64,000 bases of DNA from Candidatus Woesearchaeota archaeon. Lineage in GTDB: Archaea > Nanobdellota > Nanobdellia > SCGC-AAA011-G17 > JAGVZY01. Positions 27,680 to 36,040 of the stretch are shown here, in pieces (position 1 is the first letter of the stretch; each line of letters starts with the position of its first letter). Below the pieces are notes generated by a model. That model was not told the DNA's origin, did not search any database, and worked only from the letters and a program-made list of their open reading frames with translations. A program made the position numbers and the translations under genes. The stretch covers positions 6,645 to 70,644 of the forward strand of contig JAGVZY010000010.1 of the NCBI GenBank assembly GCA_018302225.1. The letters run 5' to 3'.

Positions 27680-28681
27680 TTAAACAAAGACGCCATCGAG
27701 CTTAAAACCACATTTAACGCACTTTAGTTCTTTTATATTATTTTTCTTAACATTAAAACCTTCTCTTTCAACAAGAACTTCTTTGCAATTAGGACAAATT
27801 GTATCTTCTGCACCTTTCAAAGAGAGATTTCCCAAATAAACATATTTTAAATATTTTTCTGCAATTTTCTTTACACTCTCAAGAGTCCTTAAAGGCGTAG
27901 GTCTTAGAGTAATTAATTTATAATCCGGATGAAATGCTGAAAAATGCAAAGGAATATTTTCCCCCAAATTTTCTTTTATCCAAGAACACATTTTTTCTAT
28001 TTCAGTAATAGAATCATTTTTTCCAGGTATTAATAAATTTGTTATTTCTAACCAAATATTACTCTCTTTAATTATTTGTAAAGTTTTTAGCACAGGAGCA
28101 ATTCTTCCAGAACAATTTGATTTATAAAAAATATCTTCAAATGATTTTAAATCTATATTTGCTGCATCTATATATTTTAATAATTTTTTTAAAGGTGCTT
28201 CATTAATATAACCATTACTAATTATTACCGTAAATATTCCCTCTCTCTTTGCAAGTTTTGCACAATCATACATATATTCATAAAAAATAGTCGGCTCTGT
28301 ATATGTAAATGCAATTCCAGCCTTATTCAGTTTAGCCATTTCAACTATCTTCTCAGATTTAACTTCATGTATATCTAATTCCTCTGCTTTTATCTGTGAA
28401 ATCTGAAAATTTTGGCAATTTAAACATTTTAAATTGCATCCCAAAGTACCAATGGACAGCACTTTAGAACCTGGTTTAAAATGAAACAAAGGTTTTTTCT
28501 CTATAGGATCCAACTGAATTGCACAAGGTCTATTATAAACTAAAGAATAAAGTTTCCCTTTTACATTCTTTCTTACACCACACAAACCAACCGAATCATC
28601 AGAAAGTATACAATAATTAGGACATAAAATACATCTTACTTTTTTCTTATCTAATTTATCATAAAAACTTGCTTCTTTCAT
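27680..28681 (-). CDS. amrS: AmmeMemoRadiSam-system radical SAM enzyme (AmrS-like)
   Basis: N-terminal VRCILCPNYCILSDDSVGLCGVRKN and the radical SAM cluster GCNLKCLNCQN. C-terminal CPNC...CVKC. Confidence 0.8.
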   Translation of the reverse strand: MKEASFYDKLDKKKVRCILCPNYCILSDDSVGLCGVRKNVKGKLYSLVYNRPCAIQLDPIEKKPLFHFKPGSKVLSIGTLGCNLKCLNCQNFQISQIKAEELDIHEVKSEKIVEMAKLNKAGIAFTYTEPTIFYEYMYDCAKLAKREGIFTVIISNGYINEAPLKKLLKYIDAANIDLKSFEDIFYKSNCSGRIAPVLKTLQIIKESNIWLEITNLLIPGKNDSITEIEKMCSWIKENLGENIPLHFSAFHPDYKLITLRPTPLRTLESVKKIAEKYLKYVYLGNLSLKGAEDTICPNCKEVLVEREGFNVKKNNIKELKCVKCGFKLDGVFV

Positions 28682-28722
28682 AATATCTACTTATTCTAAA
28701 GATTTATATTTCTTTTCAAAAC

Positions 28723-29424
28723 CTAGCCGTTGATTTTAACTATATAAAATAGTTCATCCCTTGTTTCAAACCTCTCAAACTTGAGATTAAGCTCTTCTAA
28801 AAATCTTATAAACCAAACCCGCTGCTTCTTTTTAATATTAACCCCGCCACCCAAACCTTTAGTTGAAAAAGAAACAACAAAATACTTACATTTTAAAACC
28901 TTTAAAATATCCTTAGAAATATCTCTTTTAACAGCTTCTAATGACTCTAAAACCTTAAAGCACAAAACTACATCACAAATTGGAATCTTTTTAAAATTAT
29001 TAATTTCACTCAAATCCATCTGAATACACTCAGCATCCAATTTATTAGTTTTAAAATAATTATTAGAAAGTTCGCAGTACTTTCCAGACAAATCATAACC
29101 ATAATACCCTGTCTTAAAACCAAAATCTTTTATTGACAACCCATTTAATCCACAGCCCAATTCGATTATTTTTTTAGGTTTTCCAGTTAAAGAAAATATT
29201 TTTTTATATAAATCTTTATAATCTCTAGTTTTAGCAGAAATATTTTTCTCTAAATTTTCACCAATTTTAAACATACCATAAATCTTTCTTAGTTTCTCTC
29301 TTGTTTTTTTTAATCTTGCCCGATCATTAAGTTTTGGATCAACTTCACTAAGTATCTTTTCCACAAACTCGTTAGGTAAATCAGAAAGTTCTCTTTTTTC
29401 CTTTATTTTTTCAACAAGAGTCAT
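28723..29424 (-). CDS. Rmt/ArmA (FmrO)-family 16S rRNA m7G1405-methyltransferase-like protein
   Basis: From memory of RmtB/ArmA: ELGCGLNGLSI (vs DIACGLNPLAL), VLCFKVLESLE (vs LIFKLLPLLE), VVSFSTKGLGGG (vs AVSFPTRSLGGR), C-terminal ELFYIVKING (vs ELIYLIKKNG). Needs a profile search. Confidence 0.6.
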   Translation of the reverse strand: MTLVEKIKEKRELSDLPNEFVEKILSEVDPKLNDRARLKKTREKLRKIYGMFKIGENLEKNISAKTRDYKDLYKKIFSLTGKPKKIIELGCGLNGLSIKDFGFKTGYYGYDLSGKYCELSNNYFKTNKLDAECIQMDLSEINNFKKIPICDVVLCFKVLESLEAVKRDISKDILKVLKCKYFVVSFSTKGLGGGVNIKKKQRVWFIRFLEELNLKFERFETRDELFYIVKING

Positions 29425-30122
29425 GCTTTAAAGTTAATTTTCTTAATAGTTTCTTGCCCATCAATTATAATCTTTCTTTCTATAGTTCCGTATCTTAAAC
29501 CATTAAGCCTTGCCTGTAAAGCATCATTTTTATACTTATCAGGAATTTCTATGCCTTCTACAACAATTCTGTGCTTAATTTCAATTTTTTTCTTAAATTG
29601 ACAATCAGGTACAAAAGTATCCATTAATTTTTTCTCAAAATCTTTATTAACTATAAAACTACAAAAATTAATTTTATATTTTCCCTTAGGATTATGTGGT
29701 TTTGCAGAACAGTTCAATTCAAATTTACTATTAGAAATACTTAATAAAATATACTCTAATTTCGCAACCTCGTAAATTTTTTTTAGACTCCCTACAGTCA
29801 TTTCTTCATCAAGAGTATAAATTGTAAAACCTTTTTTAGTTTCACTAGAATAATCTAAACCTAAATCTTTCTTTGCAAAAATAGTCCCCTTAACATTAAT
29901 TTTATCATTTTCTTTAGAATTATTAATTATAAAATTAACAAAATCATTTGCCAATTCAAAGCCAGAAACAATTTTTAATTTTGGCCCAAGAGTTACTACA
30001 TAAACCATTCTATCTTCATAATCTCCCTTACCGAATCTTACAAATTGGCTATGTATTTCTGGGCTATTTTTTCCTTCAAATAGATTTTTTATAAAACTCA
30101 TTTTAAGCACCTCTTGTTGCAT
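29421..30122 (-). CDS. Hypothetical protein (about 226-233 aa)
   Basis: ORF translationally coupled (ATGA) to the methyltransferase. The likely start is ATG 30101 (MSFIKNL), which removes the overlap with the upstream gene. No family recognised. Confidence 0.5.
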   Translation of the reverse strand: MQQEVLKMSFIKNLFEGKNSPEIHSQFVRFGKGDYEDRMVYVVTLGPKLKIVSGFELANDFVNFIINNSKENDKINVKGTIFAKKDLGLDYSSETKKGFTIYTLDEEMTVGSLKKIYEVAKLEYILLSISNSKFELNCSAKPHNPKGKYKINFCSFIVNKDFEKKLMDTFVPDCQFKKKIEIKHRIVVEGIEIPDKYKNDALQARLNGLRYGTIERKIIIDGQETIKKINFKA

Positions 30123-30321
30123 TCTCTGGCTTCCAGTCTTTTTTTACAGCATAAGTCGCAGTATCTGCTACATTTTTAGTAGATTTTACGGCCCAGCCGG
30201 TTAAAGATCCTAAAAAAGCTTTTCTATCACTACTTTCTTTTAAATTAAGATCCTTTTTTACTATAATAAATACTGAAACAACCAATAAGGTTAAAACTAA
30301 AAAACTAATTATTTTTTTCAT
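30103..30321 (-). CDS. Small secreted/membrane protein (72 aa)
   Basis: N-terminal hydrophobic segment MKKIISFLVLTLLVVSVFIIV. In-operon position. Confidence 0.45.
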   Translation of the reverse strand: MKKIISFLVLTLLVVSVFIIVKKDLNLKESSDRKAFLGSLTGWAVKSTKNVADTATYAVKKDWKPENATRGA

Positions 30322-30356
30322 ATAATTTCACTTAATTCAATACTTATTAAAGTTTT

Positions 30357-31157
30357 CTATAAATTCTTCAACTCAATGGAAATAGCACTTTCATTAACTC
30401 TTGTGTATTCAGGGCATAAAATGTAGGGATAATTATTTCTATCACAATATTTTATAATTTCTGAAGTGAATTTAACCACTACATTCAACCCCCGTTTATT
30501 TCTATGTATAACTTCAAAATCTTCTAATTCATTTTTTACTTTTTCAGCTTTTTCAAATAATTGATTTAACCTATTTCGATTTAACTTAACTAAAATATCA
30601 AAATAAATTCTTTCATGAACCTTAGATAAAGAACTTGAAATTTTGATATAATTTACCCAATCATACTCTCTAAATGCAATAAAACCCCCATAACCTAAAT
30701 TTACTATATCTTTTACGCCAAAAGAGCCTATAATTATATCTGAAAAATTACCATTACATAAAATATTATCTCCAATTGCACCCGTAGCATCTTCAACTAA
30801 CAAACATTTATTTTCTTTACATATTTTTGAAATCTCTTTTAAGGGTTGTTCAGCAAAATATCCTGCTAAAGAAGTAATTAATAATGCAGAAGCATCTTTT
30901 GCATTTTTTGAAAGAGATTCTAAATCTATTATTCCATAATCAGTTTTAACTTCCCTTATTTCAAAATTGAATAATAAAGGATAATTCTTAAAAGAAATCC
31001 ATCCACCTTGATCTGGAATGAGAATAACATTTTTAGTAGGATTAACTTTTGAAACCATTTCAAGTGCCATCAACAAAGCAAGATTTCCTCTTTCTACAAC
31101 TTTAATATGATTTAATCTCAAGAATTCTCTTAACCTTCCAAACACCTTATCATGCAT
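30357..31157 (-). CDS. PLP-dependent transferase-fold protein (DegT/aminotransferase-like, short)
   Basis: LLVEDATGAIG and GSFGVKDIVNLGYGGFIAF resemble the DegT-type xEDAAxAxG / SFxxxKxxxxGxGG (PLP-lysine) motifs. Weak assignment. Confidence 0.4.
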   Translation of the reverse strand: MHDKVFGRLREFLRLNHIKVVERGNLALLMALEMVSKVNPTKNVILIPDQGGWISFKNYPLLFNFEIREVKTDYGIIDLESLSKNAKDASALLITSLAGYFAEQPLKEISKICKENKCLLVEDATGAIGDNILCNGNFSDIIIGSFGVKDIVNLGYGGFIAFREYDWVNYIKISSSLSKVHERIYFDILVKLNRNRLNQLFEKAEKVKNELEDFEVIHRNKRGLNVVVKFTSEIIKYCDRNNYPYILCPEYTRVNESAISIELKNL

Positions 31158-31219
31158 TATTCAGTCAAGAAAAGTATATTTTATAAAGTTTATTGGTTTC
31201 CTTTAAATACTATTTAAAC

Positions 31220-31293
31220 AGCCCTGTAGTCTAGCCGGCCAAGGATGCGAGGCTCTGGACCTTGCGACTCAGGTTCAAATCCTGACGGGGCTA
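31220..31293 (+). tRNA. tRNA-Gln (CUG)
   Basis: Acceptor AGCCCTG/CGGGGCT (A1-U72, as in archaeal tRNA-Gln), anticodon arm CGAGG-CTCTGGA-CCTTG, T arm TCAGG-TTCAAAT-CCTGA. Confidence 0.85.
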
Positions 31294-31366
31294 TCCGTGT
31301 TGACATGACAATCGAGTGTGATCTGAATGCTTAGAATTCTGATAGCAAAATTGCCCCACATTTTGA
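31281..31366. repeat. 86-bp direct repeat, copy 1 (last 13 nt of tRNA-Gln plus 73 nt downstream)
   Basis: Matches 32988-33073 with 2 mismatches (read by eye). Confidence 0.9.
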
Positions 31367-31440
31367 ACGTGTGCGAAGATTCCATTTTAATGGCTAAACA
31401 TTACCTTTACTGAAAAAAGATGCGACACGTTAGCTGTGTT
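31351..31440 (+). ncRNA. Hairpin element S, copy 1 (plus-strand orientation; outer stem degenerate)
   Basis: ttgccccacattttgaacgtgtgcgaagattc...aaaaaagatgcgacacgtt resembles the reverse complement of 37409-37504 and 39521-39615. The inner stem aacgtgt/acacgtt is perfect. RNA versus MITE is unresolved. Confidence 0.45.
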
Positions 31441-31502
31441 AAAAAAATAAGGGGAAGATAATTTGCAGAAAGATTTAAATAAACTCAAATGGACTACAAT
31501 TT

Positions 31503-32042
31503 ATGGAAAAAAGATTTTCTATGGGCACTATAGGTATCTTACACCTTATTGTTTATTCTCTTCTTCTTATCATAATTACAGGCCTTATAATTAACTTAAT
31601 AATAAATAAAAAAATATTCGGAGCAATAATATTAATAAGTTTTAATTTTATTTTATTTCTACCTGCAGTTATTCTCCTTTTAACAAATAATAAAATTATA
31701 ATCCAAGAAGACAAAATAATATTTCCAAGACAAGCGAGGTATGATGGAAAATATGGATTTATAGGAGATTTAAATATTTTTGCTTTTATAAAAAAGAAAC
31801 CTATAATCTCCATTCAGGATATTACATTTCTAAGATATAATTATAATTACTTACCTGTAGTTATGTGTTCCGCAAAAGACCCCTTAAGAAATTTATTAAC
31901 TATAAATTCTAAAGTTTTAGGTAAAAAAAGTTTTACACTTATTCGATTTAATAAAACTAAAATTATAGAGCTCATAAAAAATTTAAAAAAAATGAATCCC
32001 TCAATTAAACTATCAAACGAATGTTCTAATTTGATTAATTGA
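31503..32042 (+). CDS. Hypothetical membrane protein (2 TM plus soluble domain)
   Basis: 179-aa ORF with two N-terminal hydrophobic spans. It is the only gene of the first cassette. Confidence 0.5.
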   Translation: MEKRFSMGTIGILHLIVYSLLLIIITGLIINLIINKKIFGAIILISFNFILFLPAVILLLTNNKIIIQEDKIIFPRQARYDGKYGFIGDLNIFAFIKKKPIISIQDITFLRYNYNYLPVVMCSAKDPLRNLLTINSKVLGKKSFTLIRFNKTKIIELIKNLKKMNPSIKLSNECSNLIN

Positions 32043-32115
32043 TAAAAAACCGTTCCTCCGATGTCACGCATCCAATGGTCTTTCTGACGAACTAACCTAA
32101 AAAAAAGAAAACAAA

Positions 32116-32216
32116 TCACTTAGTAAATATCTTAACTATTACTTGTTCAACTTCTTTGATTTTAGATTCTTTAAGAGAACCAGATTTATAAAAAATAATG
32201 GACTTATCTGCTGTAA
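32116..32216 (-). pseudogene. 3'-terminal fragment of a mazF/pemK-like toxin gene
   Basis: The 101 bp match mazF 34071-34171 with about 4 mismatches. Homology continues into the downstream junction (32084-32115 vs 34040-34070). No 5' part is present. Confidence 0.8.
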
Positions 32217-32225
32217 CTAAACTAA

Positions 32226-32627
32226 TTAAATAACTCTTATTGCTTCTTCAGGCGTTAAAATCTTAATATTCTCATACTCTTTCAATTTCAAAAGATGTTT
32301 ATCCTGACTAATTATGAAATCAACTTGTCCATAGACTGCAGCCCAAATAAATTTATCATCTTCAGGATCTTCCTTAACTATATTGGCACATATAGGGACA
32401 TCAATCATGATTGAATTTTCTAAAATAAGATTCTTCCATTCCTCAATTAGCTCTTTGTCCATAGAAATCTTAAAAGTTTTAAGAGTTTTTACTAATTCTT
32501 CTATAATCTCTTCAGAACTAATTAATTGAAATTTTCCTTCTTTCCATTTATTTATAATTTGAGAACAAAAATTGCCTTCCCAAAATATTCCAGAAATAAA
32601 AACATTTGTGTCTAAAACGACTCTCAT
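32226..32627 (-). CDS. vapC: PIN-domain toxin (VapC-like)
   Basis: MRVVLDTNVFISGIFW... with the acidic residues of the PIN fold (D5, E..E, D near ISQDKHLL). 4-nt overlap with the upstream antitoxin. Confidence 0.85.
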   Translation of the reverse strand: MRVVLDTNVFISGIFWEGNFCSQIINKWKEGKFQLISSEEIIEELVKTLKTFKISMDKELIEEWKNLILENSIMIDVPICANIVKEDPEDDKFIWAAVYGQVDFIISQDKHLLKLKEYENIKILTPEEAIRVI

Positions 32628-32896
32628 TTTTTTCTAGCTTCTTTTATAGCTTCTGTTACATCTACTTGTTTTAAATTCTTAAGTTTTGCAAAATCTCTAG
32701 TTTTTTTAAGCAATTTATCTATTCCATTAAAATTAGGCATTTCTAATTTCTTTAAAACAATAGTATTATCTTCGCCAATAATAACAAACTTCTCTCCTTC
32801 ATGTATTCTAAGCTTATCTCTTAGACTTTGAGGTATAACTACTTGTCCTCTTGAACTCATACTTGTTATTTCTAAATTTTCCATTTTGACCTCCAA
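32624..32896 (-). CDS. vapB: AbrB/SpoVT-family antitoxin (VapB-like)
   Basis: SSRGQVVIPQSLRDKLRIHEGEKFVIIGEDNTIVLKKL swapped-hairpin motif. Confidence 0.8.
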   Translation of the reverse strand: MEVKMENLEITSMSSRGQVVIPQSLRDKLRIHEGEKFVIIGEDNTIVLKKLEMPNFNGIDKLLKKTRDFAKLKNLKQVDVTEAIKEARKK

Positions 32897-32929
32897 TAAA
32901 TTTATACTATCAGTAAGATTATCTTATTT

Positions 32930-32987
32930 ATAAAGCTTTCTGTAATTTTACTAACAGTCCCTCTCAAGTCATGTTTCCTATAGATAA
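32930..32987. repeat. Junction module R3 (contains the BRE/TATA of vapB), copy 1
   Basis: ataaagctttctgtaattttactaacagtccctctcaagtcatgtttcctatagataa resembles 36570-36628 and, more loosely, 39363-39400. Confidence 0.8.
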
Positions 32988-33073
32988 CCTGACGGGGCTA
33001 TCCGTGTTGACATGACAATCGAGTGTGATCTGAATGCTTAGAATTCTGATAGCCAAATTGCCCCATATTTTGA
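32988..33073. repeat. 86-bp direct repeat, copy 2 (tRNA-Gln 3'-end duplicate; attR-like)
   Basis: cctgacggggcta... matches 31281-31366 except at two positions. Confidence 0.9.
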
Positions 33074-33080
33074 GATAACA

Positions 33081-33947
33081 TTAATCTTCCAATCTTATCC
33101 ACTTTTTTTCTTCAATCTTCTTTATAAGTTTAGAATACAAAGATCTATCAATCTTTTTTATTTGTTCTTGAATTTCCTGTTCTAAAGGAATACCGTACGC
33201 CTTACTTCTATTTAAACTCCAATTATAAACGATTGCAGCCATAGCATCAGTTGTTCTATCCGTCAATTGAGGAAATAGTTTATAAAAATTGGTCCTAATT
33301 TCTAAAGAAGAATACTCGGGATGAGCAACGGCTATTGCTAACCAAAACTCACTTTGAGTATTAGTCATAACTTTTATAAAATCTTTCCAAATAGGATTTT
33401 TTTTGAGTAAGTCTGTTTGTTGTTGATAACCGCACCAATAAAGACTGCGATTAGAAACTATATCTCCAACTAACCAAGGTTCATCAATTAATTCCACATG
33501 ATTTTGCGAATAATCATATCTTAATCCATCTAAATAATTCAAACATTGTCTTAATCCTTCTTTTCTTACTTCTCTATCTAATGCAGGATAAACGAAACCT
33601 AAAACATTAAACACTGGAACAATAGTATCTTGATTTGGTCCACCAGCCATAGATTCTCCAAATGCCCTATTAGAAGAGATATCTCTTATTCTTTCTATAT
33701 AGGATCTTAAATTCTTAACCGCCCTTAAGGGATTTTCAAAAAGTAAAGTTTGAAACTCTTGGGCGATAGAATTAGCCTTAGAATATTGTTCTCCTAAAAT
33801 TGAAACCATTTCTGAAATAAACTTTTGATCAAAGCTAAAATTATCAATTACTCCATTCTTTTTAAGACTGATTGAAGGGATCCGTTTTACTTTTGGTTCA
33901 GAAAGCTTCTTTTCCAATTCTTCCTTAAAATTTATTAGTATAACCAT
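33081..33947 (-). CDS. Hypothetical protein (288 aa), cassette cargo
   Basis: Long ORF preceded by conserved promoter module B. No recognisable family or catalytic motif. Confidence 0.55.
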   Translation of the reverse strand: MVILINFKEELEKKLSEPKVKRIPSISLKKNGVIDNFSFDQKFISEMVSILGEQYSKANSIAQEFQTLLFENPLRAVKNLRSYIERIRDISSNRAFGESMAGGPNQDTIVPVFNVLGFVYPALDREVRKEGLRQCLNYLDGLRYDYSQNHVELIDEPWLVGDIVSNRSLYWCGYQQQTDLLKKNPIWKDFIKVMTNTQSEFWLAIAVAHPEYSSLEIRTNFYKLFPQLTDRTTDAMAAIVYNWSLNRSKAYGIPLEQEIQEQIKKIDRSLYSKLIKKIEEKKWIRLED

Positions 33948-33968
33948 TGTTTAAAAGAACTAATTAAG

Positions 33969-34054
33969 ACTTATAAAACTAATCTCAAAATCGTCTCATT
34001 CTTCTCTCCACAATATATAAACAGAACTCCGAGGTATCTCTGACAAACCAACCC
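33969..34054. repeat. Junction module B, copy 1 (TATA 'cttataaaactaatct' ... 'aactccgaggtatctctgacaaaccaaccc')
   Basis: Both ends recur at 38157-38218 and 40381-40458. The middle is variable. Confidence 0.8.
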
Positions 34055-34070
34055 AAAAAAAGAAAACAAA

Positions 34071-34403
34071 TTACTTAGTAAACATCTTAACTATTACTTG
34101 TTCAACTTCTTTTATTTTAGATTCTTTAAGAGAACCAGATTTATAAAGAATAATGGACTTATCTGCTGTAAATAACCTATTAGGTCTAATTGAACTAGTC
34201 AAAGGCAAACTTCCCTTTTTAAAATCTTTATTGTTTAGAATCAAAAAATATTTATCCACTCTAGCTTCGCTAGTTATTTGACAGAGAATGATATCATCCC
34301 CTTCTAATTCAGCAACTACTAAAGCAGGTCTCTTTTTTGAATTACTCAAATCTGAAAATGGAAAAGGTAATACTACTACATCCCCTTTTACAAATTCTTC
34401 CAT
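34071..34403 (-). CDS. mazF: MazF/PemK-family toxin
   Basis: GDVVVLPFPFSDLSNSKKRPALVV...CQITS is the PemK signature. Confidence 0.85.
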   Translation of the reverse strand: MEEFVKGDVVVLPFPFSDLSNSKKRPALVVAELEGDDIILCQITSEARVDKYFLILNNKDFKKGSLPLTSSIRPNRLFTADKSIILYKSGSLKESKIKEVEQVIVKMFTK

Positions 34404-34645
34404 GCTTTTTCATCCTCTTTGCTATTCCAATCTTTAGCTAAAACCATTTCGCTAAACTTAAGAATATCTCTAAAATCATCTTTCATAGATTGTTCAACTT
34501 TTTGTGATTTTTCTAATAAAATCTTATTATCTAATTGTATAACTATTAACTCATCTCCTTGTTCTATTCCTAGAGTTTCTCGCATAGTTTGAGGAAGAGC
34601 AATTTGTCCTTTTTCAGATACTTTAATTGTTTTCATCATATTCAA
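34388..34645 (-). CDS. mazE: AbrB/MazE-family antitoxin
   Basis: VSEKGQIALPQTMRETLGIEQGDELIVIQLDNKILLEK. Overlaps the mazF start. Confidence 0.8.
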   Translation of the reverse strand: MNMMKTIKVSEKGQIALPQTMRETLGIEQGDELIVIQLDNKILLEKSQKVEQSMKDDFRDILKFSEMVLAKDWNSKEDEKAWKNL

Positions 34646-34665
34646 ATGTAAGAATATTCTTACTT

Positions 34666-34750
34666 ATAAAGCTTTCTATTTTTTAGATTATATTTCGATG
34701 GTCTCTCCTACATCACACAACAGGCTCACCCCCTGACAAACCACCCTAAA
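34666..34750. repeat. Junction module A, copy 1
   Basis: ataaagctttctattttttagattatatttcgatggtctctcctacatcacacaacaggctcaccccctgacaaaccaccc resembles 35912-35998. The partial copy is at 41433-41476. Confidence 0.85.
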
Positions 34751-34758
34751 AAACAGGT

Positions 34759-35280
34759 TTAATATGTATCTATAATCTCTTTAACCTTATTCACGAAGTT
34801 TATTGCTTTTCTCTGTAACCCCTCTGCTTCTTTTATATCAAAAAAGATTTTAGTTGAATAATTTGCCTCTTTTCTCTTTGCTTTATTCTTAATATAATCT
34901 AAAACTTCTTCCTTTTCTATAGCCACCTTACTAACTATTGCTATATCTTCTCTATCTAGTTTAATTTTGTAAAAATCTTTAATTAATATTAATAAAGTAG
35001 CTAAATGATTTTTTGTTGAATAGCCTTTTAACGCACACAATGCTAAAGACGCCTGATAAATAGAATAATAAGAAACAACAATTGCCCAATCATTAAATTC
35101 CTTTAATCCTAGAGTGGCTTGAAGAAACTTAAGATTATGATCTGCTTTTTCTATGTGACCTTTAACTAAAGCAGGAGTTTCAGTTTCTTTAGTTATTTTC
35201 TTGGATTTAAGATACTGATTGAAATCTCTATTTCTTCTTTCTTCACTTTCCAGCCATAGTTCCCAAAGCTCTTTAGTCAT
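34759..35280 (-). CDS. HEPN-domain protein (toxin partner of MNT)
   Basis: All-helical 173 aa with KGYSTKNH (Rx4-6H-like position). Overlaps the upstream nucleotidyltransferase gene. Confidence 0.7.
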   Translation of the reverse strand: MTKELWELWLESEERRNRDFNQYLKSKKITKETETPALVKGHIEKADHNLKFLQATLGLKEFNDWAIVVSYYSIYQASLALCALKGYSTKNHLATLLILIKDFYKIKLDREDIAIVSKVAIEKEEVLDYIKNKAKRKEANYSTKIFFDIKEAEGLQRKAINFVNKVKEIIDTY

Positions 35281-35878
35281 TTAATACCTCTTTGTAAAAC
35301 TGATCATTTCCCGATAATGGAAATCCTGTCTTTATTGCGTGAGTTATAACTTTATCTTCTTCTCTTAATATCTGTTCTTTAAAATAGTCAAAATTAATTA
35401 TAAAAGTTTGTATTTTAACTCCTGTTATTGCTTCTATATCTTTTTTAAGTTTTTGATCTTCAGATTCTTTTTTATTATAAACTAAAAGCAAGTCTATATC
35501 ACTTTCTTTTGAAAAAGTTCCTTTTGCAGTCGAACCGAAAAGGAGGGTGATTAAAGGTTTAATCTTAAGTTTATCTAATAAGTCGGTTATTGCCCTTCTT
35601 CTATCTAAAGGAAGTTCATTAAACTTTTTATAATCAAAATAAGCTAGAATAGCATAAAGTTGTTTATTTTTAGGATTTAACTTATAGAAAGTATTTCCTA
35701 TCTTTTTAGTACAAATTATAAGGTTGTTTGTTTGAAGATTCTTCAGATGTTTAAGAGTAGTATTCTGAGTTAGTTTTGTTTCTCTTAAAATCTCACTAAA
35801 ATAAAGCTCTTTAGTATAATTTCTATAAAAACAGGCTAATATCTTTTCTTTTCCGTTTCCGAATAATGTATTGTTCAT
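35273..35878 (-). CDS. Minimal nucleotidyltransferase (MNT) with N-terminal wHTH
   Basis: LLFGSTAKGTFSKESDIDLLLV (GSx10-ishDxD). N-terminal HTH-like segment about 90 aa. Confidence 0.8.
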   Translation of the reverse strand: MNNTLFGNGKEKILACFYRNYTKELYFSEILRETKLTQNTTLKHLKNLQTNNLIICTKKIGNTFYKLNPKNKQLYAILAYFDYKKFNELPLDRRRAITDLLDKLKIKPLITLLFGSTAKGTFSKESDIDLLLVYNKKESEDQKLKKDIEAITGVKIQTFIINFDYFKEQILREEDKVITHAIKTGFPLSGNDQFYKEVLND

Positions 35879-35911
35879 TTTATGTATAGCTTAGTACATT
35901 TAATGTACTAT

Positions 35912-35998
35912 ATAAATCTTTCTATTTTTTAGAGTATATTTCGATGGTCCCTCCTACATCACATCATAGGCTCACCCCCTGACGAACCAACCCAAAAA
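35912..35998. repeat. Junction module A, copy 2
   Basis: ataaatctttctattttttagagtatatttcgatggtccctcctacatcacatcataggctcaccccctgacgaaccaaccc. Confidence 0.85.
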
Positions 35999-36040
35999 AA
36001 CACTTATTAGCCTTACCCTAATTAAATCGAGGACAAAAAT

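Noticed and set aside
31301-31346. C/D-box sRNA look-alike in R1 (atgaca-12 nt-ctga-12 nt-ctga).
   Set aside because: The C box deviates at two core positions (AUGACA vs UGAUGA), and there is no room for a C' box between the two CUGA motifs.
34715-34745. T-arm-like sequence acaggctcaccccctgac in module A as a tRNA pseudogene fragment.
   Set aside because: Only the cagg/cctg stem and the CTGAC match tRNA-Gln. The loop is not a T-loop and no acceptor strand follows. The similarity may simply reflect the shared core.
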